Below, piece by piece: positions 39,315 through 51,610 of a DNA stretch of 64,000 bases. The stretch's first letter is position 1. Each line of letters starts with the position of its first letter. Under the pieces are notes generated by a model. That model saw only the letters and a program-made list of their open reading frames with translations, made no database searches and was not told where the DNA came from. Origin of the DNA: Felis catus (lineage: Eukaryota); the NCBI RefSeq assembly GCF_018350175.1, contig NC_058368.1, positions 214,956,001-215,020,000 on the forward strand. The letters run 5' to 3'. The position numbers and the translations under genes are program-made.

Positions 39315-39636
39315 AAAATGCTATGGCCTGAGTGGCTTAATGACAAACATTTCTTACAGTTCTAGAGATGGGGCAGTCAAAGATCAAGGTGCCAGCAGTT
39401 TCTGCGTCTGGTGAGGGCTCATTTCCCAGTTCATAAATGGCCTTATTCTCAGTCTCTCCAAATGACAGAGGGGAGGGAACTTTCTGGGTTCTCTTATATG
39501 CACACTCATCCCCATTCATGAGAGCACCCTCCTCAGGACATAACCATCTTTCAAGGCCCCATCTCGAAATATCATCAAGTTGGGGCTAGGATTTCCACGT
39601 GGGAATTTTGGGAGCACACATACTCTGTCCATAATA
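39250..39636 (-). mobile_element. MaLR LTR (MLT1A-like) with (AC)n
   Basis: AGATCAAGGTGCCAGCAG, GGTGAGGGCTC and CTCATCCCCATTCATGAG motifs. Confidence 0.8.
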
Positions 39637-41524
39637 CTAGACAAAGGCCATGTGTACTTTATAAACATTGAGCTTACTTTTAGAATGTCTGGAGTGTTAT
39701 CAGTGACCAGGGTATTATGAAAAATAATCTCTTAAGCAGTTTTTTTTTAAATGAAGGAAAAACAAGAAACACTTCAGAAGACTGTTAACATGTACTGGAT
39801 GTCTATTATGTCACACTATTTGCCAGTGCTATTTATTTTAATGGTATTTGTAATCCTATTTAATAAGTATTTTTTTCTCTATCTTTTAGGTATAAAAGGG
39901 AGACTTAGTCTAGTAACTTGTTCAGTTTAACTAGCACATTGGTAGGAACTGTTCTATCTGCTGTGGGCACTGTCTTTTTACTCAGTAAGAGCGCTCCTTT
40001 AAAAATACATATTCTGTCCAGAAAAAAGGACTTGGGAGAAAGAATACACAATTATAGGAGAGCAAAGTTATTAATACCAATTCATTAATTTGTCAAGTGT
40101 TTATTGAGCATATAGTGGCCAAGAACACAGTCCCTGCTTATAAGGAGATAGCAGTCTTGTCAGAAGAAACAGACCTATGCATTCTGTATGACAATATCAG
40201 GTGCTCTGATTACACAGTATATATTTTTATTTTTTTTAATTATGCTAATGACCACTTGTTACATTTAGTTTAACTGGAGACACACTGTTTTATTGAACAT
40301 GAAGTCCATGGAATCAAACATATCAGTAATCATTATTAATGGTAAAACCACTGTTATATTTAATGTGATTTAATAGGATGACCTCACTGATATAATCCCT
40401 GGTTTCCTGCAGGAAACAGCCAAAGAATCAAGATGGAAAGATGGGAAATATGTGCAAAATGGTGGTGTTCTTTGCATCCAGACTACTCCACAGAGGGAAA
40501 GAGACAAGACACTATTTCCTACCACTCAGACAGTGGGTAGTATGTGACAGTTTCTTGGAATATGAATGCCCATTTAGCTTTCAGGCAAATTTTACATTCT
40601 CTTCCTCTCTATTTGGAAATTGAAACATTTATGTTATTACATTATTTAATTATAGTATATTACTTGCTTGATTGAAGAATAAAAGAATATTCTTGCTCAA
40701 CTGAAAACCAATGTACCCAACTTATAATTCTTCTAATTTGAAATAATTATATCACACAAAGTGTGAAGCCACTTATTATATTTGATTCATCACATCAATT
40801 TTCTTCTAAATAATTTCAGAAATAATATGCCTTGCCGGAAGCATTTCTGCAGTATGTGATGAAATTTCAAGAAAGTAAACAACACTGTATGGACATTATT
40901 TACCTGTGTGCAAATATCCCAAGCAATTTAAAGAGAGGGAGTTCTTATATATTGGTGTATAGAAAAATAAAGTAAGAGTTGAAGGGAAAATTGGAGAAGG
41001 AAGATGTATGAATCCATTAGGAACATAGCAGATGAAGAATTTGGTAATTCTCCTAATTACTCCCTTTTCAGTTGATTCTACACACCTTTCAGAATCTAGT
41101 AACAAAAAGTCACACTTAGAATGACTAATTTGGCTTAACCACTCTATTCTTAGACTGGACATAGTTGCAGCTCAGGAGAAAATTACTGAAGTGGAGAATT
41201 ACAAAGCTTTTCTTATCTGGGGAAATACACATTGTCTAATTCTGAAGGGAACCTGTGAACTGAACAACCAAAATGTTTCTCTGGTAAGCACTTGTATTGA
41301 AACGGCATTTAGCTAGATTCATTACACATTTTAATAAATATCTGATTTTGTGACACTAAGTAAGTAACATAAGTGACACAACTATATTAGCAAATACTAG
41401 TTAATGTTGTATATTTTATATCATTACAATTGGAGAAAAAAGAATATACAAGCCCGGTTTTCCAGGACTTCACATAAATTATTTTGCTGTCTTCCTTGAA
41501 AAATCAGCTCTAGTACCCTGCCTG

Positions 41525-41722
41525 AGAGCATGGTGTCTACAGTGCAGCCATACTGCCTTGGCTCTGGTAATTAATCAGCTGTGCTCTCTTGGAGGCATTC
41601 TTCATTTCTGTTACACTAAACAGGCATAATACTGGTATCTGTCTCCTAGTGCTTGGGGGGAGGGCAGGTAAGGAGTTTTGAAGACCATCATTTACATAGC
41701 AAGCACCCAGAAGTATTAGCTC
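41525..41722 (+). mobile_element. MIR remnant
   Basis: Decayed MIR-like layout ending GAAGTATTAGCT. Confidence 0.45.
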
Positions 41723-44141
41723 TCAACAGCCATTTTGCTTATATTTTACTAAAACTGCAAGTCAGAGATTTCTAAATCTATAGGCAAACAGTAAAATAAG
41801 TTGTTATTTTCAAAACATACTGTGACATAGTTCCATTTAATTATTGAAGCCTTTGCTTACATTATATACTTTATTTAAACTTCATGGAATTTAATGGCTG
41901 GCCAGAGACTCAGGATACAATTTGTGCTGAAATCCAGACTTTGGTAGTGTAGAGTCTAGACAGTGATGTTTCTCCAAAAAAAAAATCTCCAAGAAACTTT
42001 AATATCTATAATAACAGGTAATGATATGATTTTTAAGAAGAAGTACGCTTGATTGAGATATGTAATGGTTTTGGCAACAATGCAGGTAGGTTGCTACTAA
42101 GTTTAGAGAAGACATATCCTGGTGACAAAAACTTCTCTTGTCCTTTCTAGAGTCAAAATAATAACTCATCTCAGGAAAAATATACAAGAGAAGAAAATAT
42201 GAAAAATTAAATATCATTTTGAATATATTTTTCATCTTTTAGGTATTTTATATTTTATTTAGATTAAAAATGAATCAATAAAACAATTGCTTTTATAATT
42301 TTATTAGAAAGTATTTAATTGTAAAAATTCTTTTTTTATTATAAAAATGAAAATGGTTCAAGTATTGGAGTGACCACAGTATGTAATTAGAAACATATAT
42401 TTTAGACAAAATAAGTAGCGAATGTATCGAGATCCTGACCACTCTAGAAAGCAACAGACTGTAATCCAGAGACCCATTCATGTGGGTCATTCTTCACATT
42501 TTTTTACATAATACAATTTTTTAAGTTAAAAAATGTTGTGAAACAGCAGTGAAAGATTTCCCTAAACTATATAATTGATTGAAATGTAAAATAAGTTTTG
42601 AATAGTCTTCAGTAGAGAACTATATAATTATATTATTTTCAGCTTTAAAAACTTCAGTCTGATAGTTTTGGTTATATGAAATAATCAGTATGATTCTCTC
42701 CATCTGACAGATAATTCAACACTCATTAGTTTTTGCTTAGAAGTTCACTCAGAGACACCACCCCTGCAGATGTATAAATACTATGAAGCATCTTTTTTTA
42801 TACAGAGGTAGAAAGTCAAAAAACTTATATACTCCTACAGTCTTCTCTTTATTTGATTAAAGAAAAAAATTATTCTTTTGTATTGGGGCTATAGACGTCT
42901 GAAGTGTGACTAATTTTGCTACTTTTCTTGAAACATTTGTTTTTATCCATTTGTTTTATCCATTTGTTTTTATTTGTGATTGAATAAGTATCATTTATTG
43001 AATAGTATATTGTTTCTTAAATAGTTCAAGTGTCATGCTTTCTATATGAGTCAGTTGCTATTTATGCAAGATGTCCAAACTGGATTACGGTAACAGATTC
43101 CTTCAGAAAAGTCAGACCTATGATGTCAGGTGAGTGAGTCCCTATTTTCATTATATTCAGGACTCTCTTGTCTAATGTAGGAAAAAACATCAGTTCACTC
43201 TTCTGTTTTCATGAATGCAGAAGGGACCTGATGAACACAAGTTTTAATTGAATGTTATAACTGACCACAGATTTCTAGCAAGCCACAGCCATTCTGGCTT
43301 CCATGGTTCATTGCCTTTAAGAGGCACCTTTAAGGTTTTGCTTTGTAATCTTGGTAATCTCATTGTAATCTCTTACAATCAACAATTGTAATGCTCTTAT
43401 AATCAACAGCATCTTGGATTCAAAACTAAACTATGCATCTTGAACTTTTTCTCCTTTGTTTTTATTTTAATACAAATTTCAATAATGTGACTTTATGTTA
43501 CTTGTCCCTTGCCCCCCCCCCCCCCCAGAAGAAGATCATATATGACAAAGTGGGTCTTCCGTCCTAGATGATAGGCCTGATATTAAGATTCTTTTCAGTT
43601 TAATTCTAGGACACTTCATCCCTTTGTCCCCTAGAGTTAAATGGGAGCAGCTTATCTGATTATCCTGGAGGTCACAGAACAGCTGCTATAATCCCTCTCT
43701 TTTGATATAATGGTTCTCATTCTCTGCTGCAGGGTAGCATGGTCATTCCAGGGCAAATATATGACAAGCTATGGCTAACTGTACTGAGAGAATTTTCTTC
43801 TATAGCAAGGAGGTTTAAGGCTTGTAATTTACCTCTCACATAGCTTTAGATTTTCAGCATTTCGTAATGCAAATTTCATTTATTTTTCAGAATGTCTACT
43901 TGAATTATCTATTTTTTAGGAGAAAATTAGATACTACTTTATAATGTAAGTGACAAGTACACTAAATTAAAGTAAATCAACTAACGGATATTCGAACTTA
44001 TGGGAGATCTTCAATGTAGGGAGATTATATGGAGAGTCATCGGGCAGGATATATCCTGTCCCTTTGTCAATAGTTTTGCCAGGGTTATTGACTTTTATGA
44101 GATTTTTTCCTATCTTGCTTATGTTATAAAAGGACAGCAAT

Positions 44142-44214
44142 CAGGTGGTGGAGAGGGGAAAGTGGGTGATGGGCATTGAGGAGGGCACTGCTTGGGATGA
44201 GCACTGGGTGTTAA
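44142..44214 (+). mobile_element. 73-bp felid L1 3' UTR fragment, truncated at both ends
   Basis: Matches ~15160-15225; perfect 14-bp TSD AAAAGGACAGCAAT at 44128-44141 and 44215-44228. Confidence 0.9.
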
Positions 44215-44229
44215 AAAAGGACAGCAATA

Positions 44230-45080
44230 ATTATGTGATATAAGTAGCTGGTAGGGCTATATTTTATTCCTAGCAGATATGAGGGGGCCTCAGGCTCCAT
44301 GAATTTGTGATATTGGCTTGGAGAAGAGAGTAATGCAATTATATGAGAATCCTAGTTGTTGTAGATCTATATTCACTGGAAATTTATGGCCTTAAGTCAG
44401 AAGACATTTTATAAATTTCTGTATATAGAGCAGGATCTTATTATATGTCTATAAAAGAAAGATTAATCCAGAGAAGTTGATCATTGCATACCGTAGTGGT
44501 GGACTAGAGGAACCGTATAGGTTATGTGCCCAATATAGTGTTTTCTTTTGTAGGTCCCATCATACATCTTGGTTAAACAGCTTGTTATTCCAAGTTTGCT
44601 CCAATCTTGGGTCATGCTTTGGGCCCCAAAGACAAAATTAGTATAATTATATAAGCTGTGGAGATACCACTGTTGCATAGGGCTATTATTGACCAATCAA
44701 ATTTACTCATGACCTGGACTCTTTTTTTAGGTCAATTTAATGCACATGTTTAGTGGTTGTCAGGTGCCTTGGTCTCCATCCGGTTGGCATATAAGGCCCA
44801 TATTTCTTCTGTACTATTAGGACAAACTTAGATTCTACTATATCATAGGCATTATATCATGACAGACTTGTTCTGGTGAAACTTAGTGAAGATTTTAATA
44901 AAAATGGTGTTGTCTGTTTCTAAGAGAATAAAAGATGATATCCAGATGGAGTAGACTAGAGAGATTATTATCTGGTTTGAACAATACCATTCAAGGAGAA
45001 ATTGCTTGTGATTGCCCATGAAAAGTACAAGGACAACAAAGGACTTAGTAGAAGGTAGATAGAATCCATCTGTCCACTTA
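44230..45080 (-). mobile_element. Possible highly decayed ERVL/Gypsy-like pol fragment
   Basis: Scattered minus-strand peptides (NHKQFLLEW, WGP, KYSP) fall in the same order as ERVL RT-RNase H motifs; no continuous ORF. Confidence 0.3.
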
Positions 45081-45836
45081 GCTAGTTTGCAACCTGCCCC
45101 AATCAACTGCTGATTACAACTAAAACATGAATCAACCAAACCCTTTGTTTTGTCATGTTTCCAAAAATGTTTCATCCATATTTATTATTTTATCTTCTAA
45201 TGTTCTAAGAAACAAAACTATTTAGACTCTGCTTGTTGATTTAATTTAGAGGAATAAGAACTTCAATGGTTATGAGATCCTTTCTGGATGTTACCTAATG
45301 TTAATGCTACTGTTATGGTAAAAGTAATTTTTCAATTGCTAAAAAAAATGATGCAACAAAGCATAAATTATTATTCATTAAATAATATCTGTAAGATTTT
45401 GTTCATCAGGCCCCCCCACCCTTAATTCCCAAAGTTCATGCAGAGAAAAGGTAACACCTCCAGGAAATCTTCAATCCATTGTCCATGGACCACAAAGTAC
45501 AGAAACCATTTTAAATTGTAGTAGACTATTTCATCCTTTCATTTTTGTTTTCCCATCATACCTGATTATTTCTGTGGAGGAATAATACAATTAGAATTTT
45601 CTTAATTGTCAGAAATTGGGTTAGTTCCTTTATTATGGAACCACATGTGCAATATTTGAAACATGTGTTTTCAGCATTGCTTGGCCAATAATAAACAAGT
45701 TTTCCAGCAGCCACTCTGCACTTTCTTTGGTTTCAAAATTATCAACTAGAAAAAAATACATACAAAATTGTAGCCTATACTTCTATTCTGATGTCTGTTA
45801 TCTTTTTTTTTATCCTTTGTTAGCCCCATTTTTTAA

Positions 45837-46045
45837 TTTTGTTTAACGTTTATTTATTTTTGAGACAGAGAGAGACAGAGCATGAACGGGGGGAAGGCAG
45901 AGAGAGAGGGAGACACAGAATTGGAAGCAGGCTCCAGGCTCTGAGCCATCAGCCCAGAGCCCGACACGGGACTCGAACCCATGGACCGCGAGATCGTGAC
46001 CTGAGCTGAAGTCGTACGCTTAACCGACTGAGCCACCCAGGCGCC
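45837..46045 (-). mobile_element. Can-SINE
   Basis: 16-bp TSD TAGCCCCATTTTTTAA at 45821-45836 and 46046-46061. Confidence 0.97.
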
Positions 46046-46649
46046 TAGCCCCATTTTTTAAAAAAATCTTTGTCTCCAAGGTGACTAACCTGAACTTGCC
46101 CCCATGCTTCAAATGGTTAAGGGTCTGACTAAAGATTTTTTTGATATAATTTATAGTAATTTACTTTATAATCATACTTCAAATTTACTTAGCAGACTAC
46201 CTGCTGATAGAAAATGTTCAAAAATATTTTGTGAATTGAATTAATCACAGCATTGCTAGTGAGGGCTTTCTATAATGTAGCAGGAAGAATCACATAGACA
46301 GGTATCTTTTTAAAACAATATGTTTTATTTTTATATTTTCTAATATATTCTTTTTGTTTTAGTCATATATTGTTTACCTAACTTTGTATTTGGGGGTCTT
46401 AGCAAAAGAAGTATTTTATCTCTTTCTAATTAACATTTCATTTGGGCTTTTCATCATAGAAATGGCCCCAAATGCTTCATGACTCAAGAACTCTATTAGT
46501 TAGACATGACTTTTATGTGTTATAAATACTACAACTTGTTTCTGACTCCAAAATGTGGATTAATTCTGGAGGAGGTACTGAACATGAGAAAGAAATGTTG
46601 GCTATCCAAATAAAGTGTCTGTTTTTGCAAAGGATTTGCAAAATTTAAA

Positions 46650-46875
46650 AAAATTTTGCAAAAATTAAAAAAATTGTTTATTTTTGACAGAGAGAGACAG
46701 AGAGAGAGTGTGAGCAGGGAAGGGGCAGAGAGAGAGGGAAACACAGAATCCAAAGCAGGCTCTAGGCTCTGAGCTGTCAGCACAGAGCCCAATACAGGGC
46801 TTGAATCGATGAGCTGTGAGATGGTGACCTGAGCCAGAATCCCATGGTTAATCGACCGAGCCACCCAGGTGCCCC
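46650..46875 (-). mobile_element. Can-SINE
   Basis: Reverse SINE body, moderately diverged. Confidence 0.92.
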
Positions 46876-47163
46876 TGAATAATATTTTTAAGAGAACCAA
46901 TCCAATGTCCATTATACTTAGCAGTTGGATTTTCCATTTCATACTCTATCATGGGACCATTCAGTGGCAGCCTCTTGTATTAAGTGAATCCTTTGTTCAG
47001 ATATTACTGGTCGTGGCATATCTATGAACAAATTATTGTGTCGAAAGCCTATTGAGGAATTCTGGAAACCATAGTTTGTATTATATTCAATAGATAGAGG
47101 ATAGATAGATAGATAGATAATAGAAAGATATCCTCCACTCATTTTTAATTAAAAAATAAAACA

Positions 47164-47278
47164 TTTGTCAATATTACAATAAGATCCAGAGGAGCTGATT
47201 ATTTGTCCTTCCCAAGGATGTTGCCAAGATCATGGATAAATAATCAATTCCCCTGGATCTCACTATAATATTGGCAAA
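47164..47278. repeat. Inverted repeat: 45-bp arms, 25-bp spacer
   Basis: 47164-47208 versus the reverse complement of 47234-47278: 37/45 identical, no gaps, all 8 differences are transitions. Confidence 0.9.
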
Positions 47279-48063
47279 CTTCTGGAGGTATAGAGGAGCC
47301 ATAGAAAACCTTGTATTTTCTGTAAATAGTCTATTATATGAATATAGAGTTAGATAAATCTTTCTGTCATTTTATTTACTCTTAATAATCATATTTAAAT
47401 TTATCCCTTCTCAATCTCAAGCAGTGAGATAGTCTCAAATATAGTTTAATGAACGCTTGTATAAATGATCTCAGTCACTTATGCAATGAGCCGGTTACAT
47501 ATCTATAAATATGAGAGCCCCTGTTAACTTCTTATTCATATTCAATGACTTAGTAAAGGTCACAAATGGATCTAAAACACAGTTGGGCAGCTTGGTGCAA
47601 GTACAAGACACTACTGTGTAGGAGTTCACAGGTCAAAGAGAAGTGGCCAGATGAGATTCCCTGAGGCATGGAATGCCTTCTGTTGTCCTTGCTGACACTG
47701 GAATCTAACTCAGTCAAGAAAATAATTTACCAGATGTAGGACCTCAGGATAGAACACAGATCTAATTATCATCACAGTCAAAGATAATGCTAATGTCACT
47801 CAAGTGGGAACAGTTCCAACACTCATTTGTACTAAAAGGTGAATTGTGTTTGCTGACCCATTTTGAAAAAAAAAATCTCAGGTTTTCAAACAGTATTTTT
47901 AGTACTCGGTATTATTTTTCAACTACTTCAGCCTCCATTTTGAGTTTGGAAGTAGCAACTAATATAATCTAAAAGAGTGCATAAATCATGTTGCTAATTT
48001 GGAGGGGTAAGAAGACCATAGTAATATCAAGGATGATAATGCTTTATATTAAGGAATATTAGG

Positions 48064-48156
48064 TGGTCCATGGTTTAATTTTTCTTGGCCATTTTGGTTC
48101 CTTTTCTTGGTCCATGGTTTGATTTTTCTTGGCCATTTTGATTTTTCTTGGCCATT
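48064..48156. repeat. Imperfect tandem repeat (44-bp and 19-bp periods)
   Basis: TGGTCCATGGTTT(A/G)ATTTTTCTTGGCCATTTTG at 48064 and 48108, then ATTTTTCTTGGCCATT again at 48141. Confidence 0.9.
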
Positions 48157-49908
48157 CTGAAACTGAGGCAAATCAATGCCATCATTTTATAATTAATACA
48201 TGAATACATGTCAATAAATAGTATATTATTGTTTTAGAAATATAATTCTTTGTAGTAATACTTGTAATTTTATAATCTTATTTCACTGGTTGTTTGTAAA
48301 GGAATATATAGCAATCATCAATCATGCAATGTTAATATATATTATATATATAGTAAATATATAATATAAAATATATACTCTTATAATTATAATATATATA
48401 TACTATATATGTATTTATCTATAAATTATTTCTTCCAATGAGTGATAATGTAGCAATGAAAAGCATTATTATCTTCACTTTTGTATGAGGAAATACTCAC
48501 CCTAATCTAAAATCAAATTTATCCCCTACTCAACATCACTTTAAGCCTGATGCCTGAAGTGTCCTGTAGCCTAACACCAATCTAAGAGGATGACTGATAA
48601 AGAGAGAGGTCAAAGTAGAAAAAGACGATAGCGTTAATCTATTGCAAATAAATTAACTTACATTTGAAAGTTTTGCAAATTAGATGAACATGTGAACACA
48701 TTGTAAGAGCCCATCCTGTAAAAACTGAAGCTTATACTATATTAGTTTCATAGTAAATCCACTTTTAGTTAATACTGTGTTAGTAAGGACCTAAACTATG
48801 GCCGAATTACTAAATGTTGCAATGAAAAACAAAAGTTATTTTTGTCTCACTTTTTAAATATAAATTTGTCAGATTGTTCTTTTAGAACAAAGTAGTGGAT
48901 GGTTTGTGCTCTAGATTTCAGGATATAAATTCAAGCATATTGACAATGTAAAACAAAAAGTTTCTTAATTTCCCATGAACCATACTGGTTTCTGATCTCC
49001 AGAAAACTGATTATTAACTGTCTTTGTGATTGCTTAGTGGTCTAGATGACATCTCATTTTCAAATTTTTATTCCTATCTTTATTTCCTATCTGCATTTTT
49101 AATTGTAGTGATCATTCAGAGATATGAAACATCAAAATTTTAATTAACATAGACCTCCCACCTGGACTAGCAATTATCAAGAACCGAGATTTTGAGTAAA
49201 AGTTTCATTTTTGATAGTAAATGTTTGACCTTTATTGCTATGTTCTAGTTATTAGTTAGACATCTTATTATACTTTTGAAAGAGTATTCATCTGAATTCT
49301 GTATTTTATTGCATCATGCAGAAAACAGTTCATCCTCATAATCAAAACAGCAAAAGGTAAACCTACAGAAAATGAAATCTTGTAAGCTTAAGTTTATTAA
49401 TTAAACCCTAAAATCTAGACTTATTTCTGTGGATGTCATGAATAAATTATTTTATTATTCTACAAGATGGCCCCACTTGAAAAAATAAATCAAGTTTGCT
49501 AAATCTCTAACTGGATGCTGTAACTTAGTAAAGTATCTGCCATATATGTAGTCTTTCAATTTTGAAAGTAGTCTTGCTATGCTTTAAAAAAAAAAGCTTT
49601 AACTGTTGATTTAAGGACATTGTTTTGGATATTTCTTACCTAAGAAAGTGTCATTAACGTTCCAGGAGTGAGATTTTGTTATTTTCCAATGCAAAATATT
49701 ATTCCTGACCTGCAAGTTGGTTTCTCAAAACACTGTCATTTTCTGTCATCTACCACAAGAACTGCATAGAGATTTCAAACAGATTTCCACTCCTTACGTA
49801 TCCATGGGATATCTAACTCATAGTACTTGCTTGATAAGATTTTCCCCAGTTACACTAATATTTCTACATGGGTTTAATGCACTTACCAAATAAGAGAATC
49901 ACAAAGAT

Positions 49909-49910
<2 letters not shown>

Positions 49911-49949
<39 letters not shown>

Positions 49950-49957
49950 CACACACA
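49911..49957. repeat. (AC)n microsatellite
   Basis: Direct reading. Confidence 0.95.
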
Positions 49958-50066
49958 TTTCAGAGAACTTTCTATTTCACCTAGGACATTTGAGAAGTGA
50001 TATAAAGGAAAAGCCTATAAGAATTGTAAAGGCCAAATAATCTTCAAGTAGGTTTAAAAACATTTT

Positions 50067-50193
50067 TTTTTTAAAGTTGTCTCCATGCCCAGCATGGAGC
50101 CCAACACAGGGCTTGAACTCACGACCCTGAGATCAAGACCTGAGCTGAGGTCAAGAGTTGGATGCTTAACCTACTGAGTCACCCAGGCACCCC
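50067..50193 (-). mobile_element. Short Can-SINE variant lacking the (CT)n tract
   Basis: tRNA-like head then tail directly; TSD TAAAAACATTTT at 50055-50066 and 50194-50205. Confidence 0.92.
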
Positions 50194-51140
50194 TAAAAAC
50201 ATTTTGTAGTGAATGAAAATGAAGGTTATCATTGCTCAAAACTTGTAATCCTTATTATTTAGACAAGTAGAAGATACTTTCAGTTTGGAAGTTTTGGCTT
50301 CCATAAAGGCTAAGTGGTATTTACCACACTAATCTTACCTCAAATAATCATTGTGAACTCCAAACAAATTATAAACAATAAACTGAAAGCCTTTCAGAGG
50401 CTTTAGGTAGAATGAACAATAGATTACAAGCAGGCAGAATGTAATTAGATCCTTGAAAGGAGAATATCACATGGGGTGATTTATGATTACAAAACCTTTG
50501 CTCTGACAGCACCCCAAGTTTCTGTGGTACAAAGTGGCTAGAAATAAAGCAGAAATGTGGAGTCTTTTTTTGGTGTAATGAGTCAGAGAATGGCGTTTAG
50601 GAGCACTGATTTGGAGAGAATTGAAGAGATAATCCAGCAATGAGGGAACCACAGAAAGACAATCTCCATAACCTTAAACAAAAACTCCCAAATTTGTGGC
50701 TGATCCAAGAATTGTGTGTGGGTGAGCAAGTTCTCAAAGAATCAGAGAGGGAAAGAACCACTACAAACCTGAGAGAGTAGACCAGACATCTCAGCTCCTG
50801 CTCACTTCAATGCATTGTGGAATTCAAGTCCCACTGAGTTAGAGAAATATGGCAAACCCTAACTGTAAGTATTTACTATGTGCTAGGCCATAAAACAATC
50901 TCAATAATTTAAAAGGTTTTAAGCCATACAGAATACATTTTCTGTCTACAGTGGAATTAAAATAGAAACAAAAGTTATGTCAAAATAACCAAATATTTTG
51001 ACTTTAAGAAAAACATTTCTAAATAAACTGTGGGTGTGAGTAGAAACTGCAAAGATAAAATGAAAATGTTTTAATCACATGACAATGAACACACAACATC
51101 CCCGAATTTGTGGAAGGTATCTAAAACAGAGTATGTCTTT

Positions 51141-51362
51141 TTTTTTTTAATTTTTTTTTCAACGTTTATTTATTTTTGGGACAGAGAGAGACAGAGCATG
51201 AACGGGGGAGGGGCAGAGAGAGAGGGAGACACAGAATCGGAAACAGGCTCCAGGCTCTGAGCCATCAGCCCAGAGCCCGACGCGGGGCTCGAACTCACGG
51301 ACCGCGAGATCGTGACCTGGCTGAAGTCGGACGTTTAACCGACTGTGCCACCCAGGCGCCCC
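51141..51362 (-). mobile_element. Young Can-SINE (SINEC_Fc-like)
   Basis: TSD AGAGTATGTCTTT at 51128-51140 and 51363-51375. Confidence 0.97.
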
Positions 51363-51389
51363 AGAGTATGTCTTTAAATAATTATATTA

Positions 51390-51610
51390 GGGCCTCCTGG
51401 GTGGTTCAGTCGGTTAAGCGTCCGACTTCAGCTCAGGTCATGATGTCAGGGTCCATGAGTTCGAGACCTGCGTCGGGCTTTGTGCTGACAGCTCAGAGTC
51501 TGGAGCCTGCTTCCGATTCTGTCTCCCTCTCTCTCTGCCCTTCCCGCATTCATGCTCTCTCTCTGTCTCAAAAATAAATACATTAAAAAAATAAAATAAA
51601 ATAAAAAATA
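51390..51610 (+). mobile_element. Can-SINE
   Basis: TSD AAATAAT(T/A)ATATTAG at 51376-51390 and 51611-51625. Confidence 0.95.

Noticed and set aside
40413..40547. Exon-like stretch after CCTGGTTTCCTGCAG (ETAKESRWKDGKYVQNGG...)
   Set aside because: Plausible acceptor but no good donor, and the peptide is unrecognised.
44042..44061. Palindrome CAGGATATATCCTG containing T-DNA border-like cores (GGCAGGATATAT / GACAGGATATAT)
   Set aside because: Only the 12-nt core matches, the rest of the 25-bp border is absent and there is no bacterial or vector context; chance.
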